DNA of 35,306 nucleotides from Sphingomonadaceae bacterium. Lineage in GTDB: Bacteria > Chloroflexota > UBA6077. The stretch spans positions 1 through 35,306 of the forward strand of contig JBLNDL010000026.1 of assembly GCA_050261575.1 (NCBI GenBank), in the 5' to 3' direction. This document shows, piece after piece, positions 7,571 to 17,635 of the stretch; the first letter of the stretch is position 1; each line of letters starts with the position of its first letter. A program made the position numbers and the translations under genes. The notes under the pieces were generated by a model. It had not been told where the DNA came from. It searched no databases and was given only the letters and a program-made list of their open reading frames with translations.

Positions 7571-8509
7571 ATGACGATCGACAGCTTCCACGTCCCGGTG
7601 TTACACAGCGAGGTCATCAAGGCGCTGAAACCCAGGGACGGCGGTCGATACGTGGATTGCACCGTGGGGGCAGGTGGGCACGCCGAGGGCATCCTGGACG
7701 CGGCCGGACCATCGGCCCGTCTGCTGGGACTGGACGCGGACCCCGAGGCCCTGTCGATCGCCCGCGAGCGACTTGCCCGCTTCGGTGACCGGGTGACGCT
7801 GGTGAACGTCAACTTCCGCCACCTCGTCGAAGTCGCCAGGCAGACCGGCTTCGTGCCAGCGGACGGGGTGTTGATGGACCTGGGGCTGTCGTCCATGCAG
7901 CTCGAACGGTTCTCGAGGGGGTTCTCGTTCCAGAGGGCGGAGCCGCTGGACATGCGCTTCGATCCCACGCAGCCGCTCACCGCCGCAGACATCGTAAACC
8001 GGGCCAGCGAGGCGGAGTTGAGGAAGATGTTGTACGAGTACGGCGAAGAGAGCTACGCCCCTGCCATCGCTCGGGCCATCGTTCGGCGCCGGGCCATCGA
8101 GCCGATCGAGACCACGACCGAGCTTGCGGATCTGGTGGCGGGGGTGATGGGGCCGCGCCGGGGCGGCAGGCACTCGGCCACCAAGACATTCCAGGCGCTG
8201 CGCATCGCGGTCAATCGGGAGCTGGAGAACCTGCGGGAGGCCCTGCCCCAGGCTCTTGAGATTCTGGCCAAGGGTGGGCGGCTCGCCGTGATCTCCTTCC
8301 ACTCCCTGGAGGACAGGATCGTCAAGGAGTTCATGCGGCAGGAGGCCTCGCAGTGCATCTGCCCGCCAGGGCTGCCGGTCTGTGTGTGCGGCAAGCAGGC
8401 GACGGTTAGGCTGGTCACCCGCAAGCCCATCGTCCCCGGTCCGGAGGAGGTGGCCAGCAATCCCCGCGCGCGCAGCGCCAAGCTCAGGGTCGTGGAGAAG
8501 ATCGTCTAG
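7571..8509 (+). CDS. rsmH: 16S rRNA m4C1402 methyltransferase
   Basis: 'HVPVL', 'DCTVGAGGH', 'DLGLSSMQL', 'FQALRIAVN', 'FHSLEDRIVK' and 'NPRARSAKLR'. Confidence 0.97.
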   Translation: MTIDSFHVPVLHSEVIKALKPRDGGRYVDCTVGAGGHAEGILDAAGPSARLLGLDADPEALSIARERLARFGDRVTLVNVNFRHLVEVARQTGFVPADGVLMDLGLSSMQLERFSRGFSFQRAEPLDMRFDPTQPLTAADIVNRASEAELRKMLYEYGEESYAPAIARAIVRRRAIEPIETTTELADLVAGVMGPRRGGRHSATKTFQALRIAVNRELENLREALPQALEILAKGGRLAVISFHSLEDRIVKEFMRQEASQCICPPGLPVCVCGKQATVRLVTRKPIVPGPEEVASNPRARSAKLRVVEKIV

Positions 8510-8646
8510 GAACCCATCCGCCAACCACCGGGGTACGCGGACGGAACGGTTTGCCAAGGCCAATACCGCCTCGCCGCTTCGTGTCGTTCGCGTCTTCGTG
8601 GTTGGGGTCTCGGATGGGCTCTCAATAGGATGTCGGAGGTAGTCAG

Positions 8647-9138
8647 TTGGCATTGGCACAGGTCTCTCCCCAGTCGGTGGCGCTGCCGCGCCGGGAAGGG
8701 CGAGGTCCCGCACGGCTTTGCGCGCCGCGCCTTGCCCCCTGGCTCCCGCTGGCCAGTGTCCTCCTGGGCATCGTCAGCCTCTTCTACCTGGCGCAGACCA
8801 GCGATCTGACGACTACCGGCTACAGCATCCAGGAGTTGCGGCAGGAGGAGAGCGACTGGAAGCTCCGGAACGAGCAGTTGGCGCTGGAGGTGGCTAAGGC
8901 CAAGTCGCTCGCCACGGTGGAGGAGCAGGCTACCACCCGGCTGCTGATGGTTCGGCCCAAGGAAGTGGTCTATCTCCAGGTCCAGACCGACAACCGGATT
9001 GCTCGGGCAACACCGGCCAGCCGTGGAGAGACCCGAGCGGCTCCCGCGCTGGAAAAGACGGTTGCCCCGCCAGACGCAGACCGCCTGCAACCGGTACGGG
9101 ACTCCATCTTGGGTCTGTTGGCTCCCCGCAGGCAGTAG
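8647..9138 (+). CDS. ftsL: FtsL-like cell division protein
   Basis: Single TM helix followed by a coiled coil ending 'SLATVEEQATTRLLM'. Lies between rsmH and ftsI. TTG start behind GGAGGT. Confidence 0.75.
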   Translation: MALAQVSPQSVALPRREGRGPARLCAPRLAPWLPLASVLLGIVSLFYLAQTSDLTTTGYSIQELRQEESDWKLRNEQLALEVAKAKSLATVEEQATTRLLMVRPKEVVYLQVQTDNRIARATPASRGETRAAPALEKTVAPPDADRLQPVRDSILGLLAPRRQ

Positions 9139-9246
9139 GGTTCCCCAAGGGCCCGACCGGCACGCAGCGACAGGATAGCATCCCTGGGCGTCCCTCCTGC
9201 AAGCCAACCGCAGTGAAGGCGAGTAGCACACAGGACAGGAGAACGA

Positions 9247-9331
9247 AGGGGCGGGTGCAACCCGCCCCTAGCGGCCGTTCTGTTGCCGGTGTGCCGGTCC
9301 AGGAGACTCAAAGGGGGCGGCAAACCGCCCC
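9247..9331. repeat. Two REP-like GC hairpins
   Basis: AGGGGCGGGT-GCA-ACCCGCCCCT (9247-9269) and GGGGCGG-CAAA-CCGCCCC (9314-9331). Confidence 0.5.
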
Positions 9332-9346
9332 GATCCGAGGAGAAGG

Positions 9347-11077
9347 ATGGTCAGCCAGGTCCGAGATCAGCGATGGCGCCTGATGACGCTCTGCGTGTTG
9401 TTCGCGGGGTGCGCGGTGATGCTGCTGTATCGGACCTACTCGTACCAGGTGGTGGAGTACCAACGTTTCCGGGATCTGGCCAGCGAGGAGCACCGGATGA
9501 TTAAGGAGATCGTCCCCAGGCGTGGGGACATTCTCGATCGGAACGGTAACCCCCTGGCCATCAGCGTGATGTACGACAGTCTCTACGCCTATCCTCCCTC
9601 CGTCAAGGATCCGAACGGGGCGGCCTCGACGCTCTCTCGACTGATAGGGGAGCCCGTGGAATCGATCCTTTCCAAGCTGCAGTCCAGCGGAAACTCGACC
9701 GTCCTCATCAAGCGAAAGCTGTCTGCGGATGTTAGCACGAGAATTGCCAACCTCGACCTGCCAGGGTTCTTCCTCCAACGGGAGCCCTTCCGCGGCTACC
9801 CGGAGGGCAGCATCGCGGCTCAGTTGCTCGGCTTCGTGGGCACGGATTTCGATGGCCTGGCAAGCCTGGAGCTCAGCCTGGACAAGGAGTTGGGTGGAGA
9901 GCCCGGGCAGTTGGTAGCCGAGCGGGACACCGTCGGGGGGGAGATCGTCATCGGGCGCAGGGAGTTGGTGCCGCCCAGAGAGGGATCCGATGCCATTCTC
10001 ACCATCGATCGTGCCATTCAGCGGATGGTGGAGAGGGAGTTGGCGAACGCCATCAAGGAGTACAAGGGGCGTGGCGGATTCGTCATCGTTATGGAGCCAC
10101 GGACCGGAGCGATCCTCGCCATGGCGAATCAGCCCACCTACGATCTGACGGCAGAGAATGTCTACGATCCCAATCGCCAGGAGCTGTACAAACCCACGGC
10201 GGTGACCGACATCTACGAGCCTGGATCGGTGATGAAGGTGATCACCATGGCGGGTGGCCTGGAGGAGAAGCTGGTCAACCCGAATACCACCTTCAACGAC
10301 ACCGGCGTGGCGGATTTCGGCGGGGTGCGGATCCGTAACTGGGACCTGGGGGCCCACGGGCGGGAGACGATGACTCAGGTTCTGATAAACTCCTGTAACG
10401 TGGGTGCCCAGTACGTCTCCGGGCTGCTGGGCCCGGAGCGGTTCTACCGGTATCTGGACACCTTCGGGTTCGGCAAGCCCACCGGAATCGATCTGCCAGG
10501 CGAGGCCGCCGGCCACTACAGAACCCCGGGGGACCCTGCCTGGACCAGGGTGGACCTCGCGACCAACTCCTATGGGCAGGGCATAGCCGTCACGGCGATC
10601 CAGATGATCTCGGCGGTTGGGGCGATTGCCAACGACGGGGTTCTGATGAAGCCGATGCTGGTGAAGGCGTTCAGGCAGGGCGACTCAATCCGCGAGGTTC
10701 CTCCCGTGCAGGTTCGAAGGGTAGTGTCCTCACAGACTGCCAAGACCCTGACCGACATGATGATCCACGTTGTGGAGGACAACTCCCTCAAGCTGTCGGT
10801 GGTGCCGGGCTACAAGATCGCAGGCAAGACGGGCACAGCCGACCTGCCCACGGCGGCTGGCTACACCTCAGGCGCCACCTACGCGTCGCAAGTTGGCTTT
10901 GCGCCGGCCTACGACCCGAAGTTCGTCATGCTGGTTCGAATCGACGATCCGGAGAAGAAGTACGGCGGGCAGGTGGCCTCCCCGGTCTTCAAGCGGATAG
11001 CGGAACAGCTCTTTGCCTACTTGAAGATTCCCCCATCGGAGCCAGCCAAGGCGAGGGCCACGGCGGCGAGCAGGTGA
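9347..11077 (+). CDS. ftsI: Class B penicillin-binding protein (FtsI/PBP2 family)
   Basis: N-terminal TM, 'RGDILDRNG', SxxK (EPGSVMK), SxN (SCN) and KTG (AGKTGT). Confidence 0.93.
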   Translation: MVSQVRDQRWRLMTLCVLFAGCAVMLLYRTYSYQVVEYQRFRDLASEEHRMIKEIVPRRGDILDRNGNPLAISVMYDSLYAYPPSVKDPNGAASTLSRLIGEPVESILSKLQSSGNSTVLIKRKLSADVSTRIANLDLPGFFLQREPFRGYPEGSIAAQLLGFVGTDFDGLASLELSLDKELGGEPGQLVAERDTVGGEIVIGRRELVPPREGSDAILTIDRAIQRMVERELANAIKEYKGRGGFVIVMEPRTGAILAMANQPTYDLTAENVYDPNRQELYKPTAVTDIYEPGSVMKVITMAGGLEEKLVNPNTTFNDTGVADFGGVRIRNWDLGAHGRETMTQVLINSCNVGAQYVSGLLGPERFYRYLDTFGFGKPTGIDLPGEAAGHYRTPGDPAWTRVDLATNSYGQGIAVTAIQMISAVGAIANDGVLMKPMLVKAFRQGDSIREVPPVQVRRVVSSQTAKTLTDMMIHVVEDNSLKLSVVPGYKIAGKTGTADLPTAAGYTSGATYASQVGFAPAYDPKFVMLVRIDDPEKKYGGQVASPVFKRIAEQLFAYLKIPPSEPAKARATAASR

Positions 11078-11144
11078 CGAAGTGCGAATCCCGCGGCTGG
11101 GGCAGGGCTCGGGAGTGCCCCGCGGGTGAACCAAGGAAACGGGC

Positions 11145-12542
11145 GTGCAAGCCATGTTGACCGTTCAAGAGATTGCCAATGCAGTTGGAGGATCGATAGT
11201 CGGGGAACCGGTGGACGAGCGGCCCATCACCTCGGTCGTAGTGGACTCTCGCCACGTGGCTCCGGGTGCCCTCTTCGTGGCACTGAAGGGGCAAAAGCAC
11301 GATGGGCACGATTTCGTCTTCGATGCCTTCGTGAGGGGTGCAAGGGCTGCGCTAGTGGAGAGGATACCCAATGGCTCCCCGACGCCGATGGCGACGCGCC
11401 CGCTCCCGATGATTCGTGTGAGGGACAGCCTGGCAGCGCTGCAGGATCTGGCAACGTACTGGCGACAGCGGCTGGATCTGATCGTGGTCGCGGTGACGGG
11501 CAGCGTGGGGAAGACCACCACCAAGGAGGTGGTGGCGGAGCTTCTGCAGCATCGCTTCAAGGTCCTCAGGACCGAGGGGAATCTGAACACCGAGATCGGA
11601 CTACCGCTGACCCTATTGCAGGCCACCCCCCGGCACCAGGTGGCGGTGGTGGAGATGGGGATGTACGCCCAGGGGGAGATCCGATCGCTGGCTCGGGTCG
11701 CGAGGCCTGACATCGGGGTGGTGACCAACGTGGGCCCGACCCACCTCGAGCGGCTGGGCAGCATCGAGCGGATCGCCCAGGCCAAGGCGGAGCTGGTGGA
11801 AGAGCTACCGGAGAGGGGTCTCGCCGTGCTGAACCACGACGACGAACGCGTCAGGGCCATGAGCACCCAGACGCGGGCGGAGGTGCGCTTCTACGGGCTG
11901 GATCCGCTGTCCGACTTCTGGGCGGATTCCGTCCAAAGTCGGGGACTGCAGGGGATCGAGTTCGACCTGTGCCGAGGGGAGAAGTGGGTGCACGTTCGCA
12001 TGCCGCTCCTGGGGCTGCACAGCGTCCACGCGGCTCTGGCGGCGGCGGCCGTGGGCGATCACCTGGGCATGTCGCTGGAGGAGATTGCGGAGGGCCTTCA
12101 CGAGGTGTCGACCTCCCTGCGGCTGATCGTGGTGGCCGGGATCAACGGCTCCACGATCGTGGATGATAGCTACAATGCGAGTCCCGCATCCACGCTCGCT
12201 GCCCTGAACCTGCTAGCCGAGCTCGAGGGGCGCAGGGTGGCGGTGCTGGGTGACATGCTGGAGTTGGGCTCCTACGCCGAGGAAGGCCACCAGAGGGTCG
12301 GGCGCCGGGCTGCCGACGTCGCGGACGTGCTGGTCGCGGTGGGCAGCCTGGGTGCACTGGTGGGACGGGAGGCGCTGGCCGCCGGCAAGAGCGAGGACAG
12401 CGTGTTTCTTGCCTCCACTAACCGGGAGGCCATCCAGCACTTGAAGAGGATCCTTCAGCCAGGAGACTGCGTGCTGGTGAAGGGCTCCCGTGGTATGCGA
12501 ATGGAAGAGATAGTAGAGGCGATTCGATGTCCTACGCCCTGA
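11145..12542 (+). CDS. murF: UDP-MurNAc-tripeptide--D-Ala-D-Ala ligase
   Basis: 'DSR', 'TGSVGKTTTK', 'NLNTEIGLP', 'DDSYNASP', 'LGDMLELG' and 'VKGSRGMRME'. Confidence 0.95.
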   Translation: MQAMLTVQEIANAVGGSIVGEPVDERPITSVVVDSRHVAPGALFVALKGQKHDGHDFVFDAFVRGARAALVERIPNGSPTPMATRPLPMIRVRDSLAALQDLATYWRQRLDLIVVAVTGSVGKTTTKEVVAELLQHRFKVLRTEGNLNTEIGLPLTLLQATPRHQVAVVEMGMYAQGEIRSLARVARPDIGVVTNVGPTHLERLGSIERIAQAKAELVEELPERGLAVLNHDDERVRAMSTQTRAEVRFYGLDPLSDFWADSVQSRGLQGIEFDLCRGEKWVHVRMPLLGLHSVHAALAAAAVGDHLGMSLEEIAEGLHEVSTSLRLIVVAGINGSTIVDDSYNASPASTLAALNLLAELEGRRVAVLGDMLELGSYAEEGHQRVGRRAADVADVLVAVGSLGALVGREALAAGKSEDSVFLASTNREAIQHLKRILQPGDCVLVKGSRGMRMEEIVEAIRCPTP

Positions 12543-13483
12543 CCGTCGGAACACTTACCTTTCTGATCGCGGTCATCTGGGGTACCCCCCTCATCCGGTT
12601 ACTAAAGAGGCACCGGATCGGCAAGCAGATTCGGGTGGAGGGGCCAAGCTCCCACATCGTCAAGATGGGCACCCCCACCATGGGCGGGATCCTGATCGTG
12701 GTCTCGGTGGTGGCGATCACCGCCGTGGCCAACCTGGTGGACAAGTACTCCATCCTGCTGCCGTTGGGGGTGCTGGCGAGCTGTGCAGCAGTGGGCGCCG
12801 TGGACGACATGATGAACCTAGTCGGCGGCAACAAGACTGGGCTCTCCGTTCGTGTCAAGTTCGTGTTGATGGGCGCCATCGGCCTGGTGGCTGGCTGGGT
12901 GCTGTACTACCTGCTGGGGATGGACACCCTCTACTTCCCGCGGTTGGGGGAGTTGAAGGTCGGCTTCTGGTTTGCTCTGGTGGCCGCTGTTGCGGTGGCG
13001 GGTAGCGCCCACGCGGTGAACCTGACCGACGGGCTGGACGGGCTCGCAGGCGGCACTGTGGCAATCGCCTTTGCATGCTACGGCGTCATCGCCTACCTGC
13101 AGCATCAGGCATACCTGGTCACCTTCTCGTTCACAGTGGTGGGCGCGACCCTCGCCTTCCTCTGGTACAACGCCCACCCCGCGCAGGTCTTCATGGGAGA
13201 TATCGGCTCCCTCTCCCTCGGCGCAACCCTGGCGGTGGTGGCGCTGATGACTGGACACGTCCTGCTGCTGCCGATAATCGGGGCGATCTTCGTGGTCGAG
13301 GCCCTGTCGGTCACTGCCCAGGTCTCCTACTTCAAGCTGACCCACGGGAAGAGGCTCTTCAAGATGGCCCCGATCCACCATCACCTGGAGTTGTTGGGAT
13401 GGTCGGAGACTCAGATAACACAGAGATTCTGGTTGATCGCGATGCTGCTCGGGATGGTGGGTATCGCGCTGGCGTTGATCTAG
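12527..13483 (+). CDS. mraY: Phospho-N-acetylmuramoyl-pentapeptide transferase
   Basis: Multi-TM protein with 'KMGTPTMGG', 'VNLTDGLDGL', 'FMGDIGS' and 'MAPIHHH.E'. Confidence 0.97.
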   Translation: MSYALTVGTLTFLIAVIWGTPLIRLLKRHRIGKQIRVEGPSSHIVKMGTPTMGGILIVVSVVAITAVANLVDKYSILLPLGVLASCAAVGAVDDMMNLVGGNKTGLSVRVKFVLMGAIGLVAGWVLYYLLGMDTLYFPRLGELKVGFWFALVAAVAVAGSAHAVNLTDGLDGLAGGTVAIAFACYGVIAYLQHQAYLVTFSFTVVGATLAFLWYNAHPAQVFMGDIGSLSLGATLAVVALMTGHVLLLPIIGAIFVVEALSVTAQVSYFKLTHGKRLFKMAPIHHHLELLGWSETQITQRFWLIAMLLGMVGIALALI

Positions 13484-13484
13484 T

Positions 13485-14867
13485 ATGAAGACACCGACTG
13501 AGATCGCCCGGGAAAGGTTCGCTGGTAAGAAGGTCACCGTCGTGGGGCTCGCCCGCGAGGGTGTATCCCTGGTCCGGTTTCTGGCGGGGGTAGGCGCTCG
13601 GGTCACTGCGAACGACCGAGCCACCGCCGAACAGATGTCGGGCACTCTCGCGTCGCTGGAGCACCTTCCTGTGAGGTTCGTGCTGGGCGAGCACCCTTCC
13701 GAGGTGTTCCTGGATGCGGACAGCGTATTCGTCAGCCCTGGGGTCCCCCTGCAGATGGCCCCGCTGGTGGAGGCCAGGCGGCGTGGGGTCCCCCTGTCCA
13801 GCGAGACCCAGCTCTTCTTCGAGCTGTGCCGTGGCCGGCTGGTGGGAATCACCGGTAGCAGCGGCAAGACCACCACGACCACGTTGGTAGGGGAGATGGT
13901 CAGACAGGCGGGGATGCCTGTCCACGTGGGGGGGAACATCGGTCTACCACTCGTGGAGCGGCTCGATGAGATCGGCCTGCAGGACTGGGTGATACTGGAG
14001 ATGAGCAGCTTTCAGTTGGAGAGGCTTCCCTATAGCCCTCACGTGGCCACGGTTCTGAACGTCACCCCCAACCACCTGGACCGCCATGGCGACATGGAGA
14101 GCTACACGGAGGCCAAGTCGAACATCCTGCGCCACCAGCGGCCGGGAGACAGGGCGATCCTGAGCGCCGACGATGCGGTGGCCTCCTCGCTCCCAACCGT
14201 GGAGAAACCGATCTGGTTCAGCATCGAGCGGCCCGTGGAGGGAAGCTACCTCGACGGGGGATGGGTGGTGCTGGAGCGAGAGGGCCGCGTGGAGCCGGTG
14301 TGCCGGGTGGGGGACGTTCGGCTGCGAGGACGCCACAATCTCTCCAACGTTGTGGCTGCGGTGGCCGTGGCCTCGGCCCTCGGCGTGCCGGCCGCGGCGA
14401 TGCGGGCGGCGATCGCGGGCTTCCGGGGCGTCCCTCACCGACTGGAGGTGGTCGGCGTGGTGGATGGCGTGACCTACTGCAACGACTCCATAGCCACGGC
14501 TCCGGAGCGCTCCATCGCAAGCATTCGTTCCTTCCAGGAGCCGGTAGTGCTGATCGCCGGCGGCCGCGACAAGCACCTCCCCATGGAAGAGTGGGGGGAG
14601 TTGATCCGCCGGAGGGTGAAGGCCCTGGTGCTGATGGGGGAGGCGGCCGACATGATCGAGCGAGCGGTGTTGGAGGCCTCCGGTCCCGATCTGCTGCCGA
14701 TCCTGCGGGCGGACTCCATGGAGAGGGCGGTGGAGCTCGCCCACGGCGTAGCGAGGGCCGGAGACGTGGTTCTGCTGGCGCCGGGGTGCACCAGCTTCGA
14801 CATGTTCAAGGACTTCGAGGAGCGCGGGGAGCGCTTCCGCGAGTGTGTCCGCAACCTAGGTGACTGA
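13485..14867 (+). CDS. murD: UDP-MurNAc-L-Ala--D-glutamate ligase
   Basis: 'SPGVP', 'TGSSGKTTT', 'GGNIG', 'EMSSFQL', 'NHLDRH', 'NDSIAT' and 'PGCTSFDMF..FEERG'. Confidence 0.96.
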   Translation: MKTPTEIARERFAGKKVTVVGLAREGVSLVRFLAGVGARVTANDRATAEQMSGTLASLEHLPVRFVLGEHPSEVFLDADSVFVSPGVPLQMAPLVEARRRGVPLSSETQLFFELCRGRLVGITGSSGKTTTTTLVGEMVRQAGMPVHVGGNIGLPLVERLDEIGLQDWVILEMSSFQLERLPYSPHVATVLNVTPNHLDRHGDMESYTEAKSNILRHQRPGDRAILSADDAVASSLPTVEKPIWFSIERPVEGSYLDGGWVVLEREGRVEPVCRVGDVRLRGRHNLSNVVAAVAVASALGVPAAAMRAAIAGFRGVPHRLEVVGVVDGVTYCNDSIATAPERSIASIRSFQEPVVLIAGGRDKHLPMEEWGELIRRRVKALVLMGEAADMIERAVLEASGPDLLPILRADSMERAVELAHGVARAGDVVLLAPGCTSFDMFKDFEERGERFRECVRNLGD

Positions 14868-16149
14868 AAGGACACGGGTGAGCTATGGGAGCTACGGTCC
14901 GATGAGCGCCAGGGCTCATCCGAAACCGACACCCGACTTGGTGCTGCTGCTGGTCACCATAGTGCTGGTGGTGCTGGGCGTGGAGATGGTGTATAGCGCC
15001 AGTTTCGTGGTGGCCCAGTCCGAGTTCGGGGATGCCACCTACTTCCTGAGCAAGCAGGTGGTGTCGGTGCTGCTGGGTGCAGTCTTCATGGTGGGTGCCG
15101 CGATCATCGACTACCATCGCCTGGAAAGGATCTCCGTGCCGATCATGGTGGCCGTCGTGGTCGCCATGGTCCTGGTGCTGATCCCTGGGTTGGGGGTTGG
15201 CAACTACGGAGCCACCCGCTGGCTTCGGGTGGGGCCCCTGCCGCCGATCCAGCCGAGCGAGTTCGCCAAGATCGCCCTGATCATCTACATGTCCGCATGG
15301 TTGGCGAAGAAGGGGAACCGGGTGAGGGAGCTGACCTATGGATTCATCCCCTTCGCCCTCCTCCTGGTAGCGATGACGGCGTTGATCATGGCGCAGCCGG
15401 ATATGGGAACCTCCTTCATCGTCGTGGCCACCGCCGGGTGCCTGTTCTTCGTGGCGGGCGCCAACCTGCTCCATTTCCTCGTGGCGGCCGGAGGAGGGGC
15501 GCTGGGTTTCGCGTACCTGGTGGTCAACTCCGGCTATCGTAGCGATCGCCTGCAGGCTTTCCTCAACCCGTGGGCGGACCCCAAGGACACCGGCTGGCAC
15601 ACGATACAGACCCTGATCGCCCTGGGGTCGGGCGGAATCACCGGCTTGGGACTGGGGGCCAGCAGGCAGAAGTTCTACTACGTGCCGAACGCCCACACCG
15701 ATGCGATCTTCGCCATCATCGGCGAGGAGATGGGGTTGATCGGTGCCGCGGGAGTCATCCTGCTGTTCGCGGTCTTCGCCTGGAGAGGGTTCCGCATAGC
15801 CTTCCGCGCTCCCGATCCCTTCGGCAGGTTGCTCGCCACCGGCGTCACTTGCATGATCCTGATCCAGGCGGTCACGAACGTTGCCGTGGTCACCAACACG
15901 ATACCTTACACCGGCATCACTCTGCCATTCATCAGCTTTGGAGGCTCCTCTCTGCTGGTCTGCATGGTGGGGGTGGGGCTGCTGCTGGGGGTTTCTCGCC
16001 ACGACCGCAGAGGAGCGCCGGCCACCGGCGGGGAGCGGCGGGAGAACGTGGTGAAGGTGCTGTCGAGGAAGCCATCTCGTCCGCGTCTGGCCGCCGCGGG
16101 GTCCGATCTGGCTCTTGCTCGGACGAGTCGTTCGCGTCGGGGGACTTGA
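14860..16149 (+). CDS. ftsW: SEDS peptidoglycan polymerase FtsW
   Basis: Multi-TM protein with 'GATRW', 'QPSEFAK', 'QPDMGT', 'PNAHTD.IF..IGEE' and 'GITLPFISFGGSS'. Confidence 0.95.
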   Translation: MTERTRVSYGSYGPMSARAHPKPTPDLVLLLVTIVLVVLGVEMVYSASFVVAQSEFGDATYFLSKQVVSVLLGAVFMVGAAIIDYHRLERISVPIMVAVVVAMVLVLIPGLGVGNYGATRWLRVGPLPPIQPSEFAKIALIIYMSAWLAKKGNRVRELTYGFIPFALLLVAMTALIMAQPDMGTSFIVVATAGCLFFVAGANLLHFLVAAGGGALGFAYLVVNSGYRSDRLQAFLNPWADPKDTGWHTIQTLIALGSGGITGLGLGASRQKFYYVPNAHTDAIFAIIGEEMGLIGAAGVILLFAVFAWRGFRIAFRAPDPFGRLLATGVTCMILIQAVTNVAVVTNTIPYTGITLPFISFGGSSLLVCMVGVGLLLGVSRHDRRGAPATGGERRENVVKVLSRKPSRPRLAAAGSDLALARTSRSRRGT

Positions 16150-16152
16150 CAT

Positions 16153-17571
16153 ATGATGCAGAGACAGCCTACTCACGACTCAAGTGTGCTAGCAGCCGCC
16201 AAAGTGGTCCACTTCGTGGGGATCGGCGGCATCGGGATGAGCGCCCTGGCGGAGCTGATGCTCAGAAGGGGCAAGCGCGTGACGGGGTCGGACATCAAGT
16301 CCTCCCCTCTGGTGGAGCGGCTCACCGCGCTGGGGGCTCGTGTCAACGTGGGGCACTCCGCCGCAGCGGTGGCCGGCGCGGACCTTGTCGTGACCACTGC
16401 CGCTGCAAGGCCCGACAATCCCGAGCTGGTGGAGTCCCGGAGGCGGGGCATTCCAACGATCAAGCGCGCGGAGTTGCTCGGCTGGCTGATGGACGAGGGC
16501 TACGGTGTTGCCATAGCCGGTACCCATGGGAAGACCACCACCACAGCGATGGTGGCCTTTCTGCTGCATCGCGCCGGCCTTGACCCTACGGCCTTGATCG
16601 GGGGGGAGCCGCTGGACTTCGAGGCCCATGGGCTTTTGGGGCGAAGCTCCTACCTGGTGGCCGAGGCCGACGAGTTCGATCGATCCTTCCTGTGGCTGTG
16701 GCCGAAGGTGGCCATCGTCACCAGCGTGGAGGCGGACCATCTGGACTGCTACAGGGATCTGAGCGACATCGCCAGGGCCTTCACGGAGTTCGCCTCACGG
16801 GTGCCGCCGGACGGACTGCTGGTCACCCAGGCCGACGATCCAGTGTTGAGGAAGATGCAGGTGGCGGTTCCGCGGCAGAGCTACGGATACTCGTCCTCGG
16901 CAGATTGGCGGCTGCTGGAGGTGGAACCCGTGGTCCCGTTTGGCACTCGGTTCTGCTTCAGTGCGCCCTCGGGCTCAGTCCACGAGGTCACACTGCGGCT
17001 CTCGGGACAGCACTACGCCCTCGACGCTCTCGCCGCGATCGCGGCTGCTGCCCACGTCGGCGTGGAACCGGAAAGGGCTGCGGCGATCGTTGCGGACTTC
17101 AGCGGAACACGCCGCAGGTTCGAGATGCTGGGAGATGTCGCGGGAGTCACCATCGTCGACGATTACGCTCATCATCCCACCGCGGCTCGGGCGACGCTGA
17201 AGGCTGCCAGGGAGAGGCATCGGGGGCGCATCTGGTGTGTCTTCCAGCCGCACACCTCCAATCGGACCGAGAAGCTGCTGGGGGAGTTCGCCCGTGCCTT
17301 TGCCGACGCCGACCGGGTGCTGCTGCTGCCCGTCTACCACCCCGCCGGGCGAGAAGAGGGGGAGGGGACCAGCAGCGGTGACCTTCTATCCCGAATGCGT
17401 CATCCCGGCGCCCGCTGCGTGGCGGGTCTGGCCGAGGCTGCGGCGGTGCTGGAGAGCGAGGTGACCGGCGGCGACCTGGTGATCACCATGGGCGCGGGCG
17501 ACGTGTATAAGGTCGGTCACCACGTGTTGTGCCGGCTCCGTAAGAAGGTGGCGTCCTCGTCCGGAAAGTAG
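16153..17571 (+). CDS. murC: UDP-N-acetylmuramate--L-alanine ligase
   Basis: 'GIGGIGMS', 'GTHGKTTT', 'EADEFD', 'DHLD', 'RRFE', 'DDYAHHP', 'FQPH' and 'GAGD'. Confidence 0.95.
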   Translation: MMQRQPTHDSSVLAAAKVVHFVGIGGIGMSALAELMLRRGKRVTGSDIKSSPLVERLTALGARVNVGHSAAAVAGADLVVTTAAARPDNPELVESRRRGIPTIKRAELLGWLMDEGYGVAIAGTHGKTTTTAMVAFLLHRAGLDPTALIGGEPLDFEAHGLLGRSSYLVAEADEFDRSFLWLWPKVAIVTSVEADHLDCYRDLSDIARAFTEFASRVPPDGLLVTQADDPVLRKMQVAVPRQSYGYSSSADWRLLEVEPVVPFGTRFCFSAPSGSVHEVTLRLSGQHYALDALAAIAAAAHVGVEPERAAAIVADFSGTRRRFEMLGDVAGVTIVDDYAHHPTAARATLKAARERHRGRIWCVFQPHTSNRTEKLLGEFARAFADADRVLLLPVYHPAGREEGEGTSSGDLLSRMRHPGARCVAGLAEAAAVLESEVTGGDLVITMGAGDVYKVGHHVLCRLRKKVASSSGK

Positions 17572-17635
17572 GGACGAGGAGGGCCAGAACGAGCATCCAG
17601 AACCCGGTGCGGGGCACCTGACTGACGAAGGGGTC

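Noticed and set aside
16147..16155. Sec readthrough giving an FtsW-MurC fusion
   Set aside because: There is no SECIS-like hairpin, no Cys context, and murC has its own ATG.
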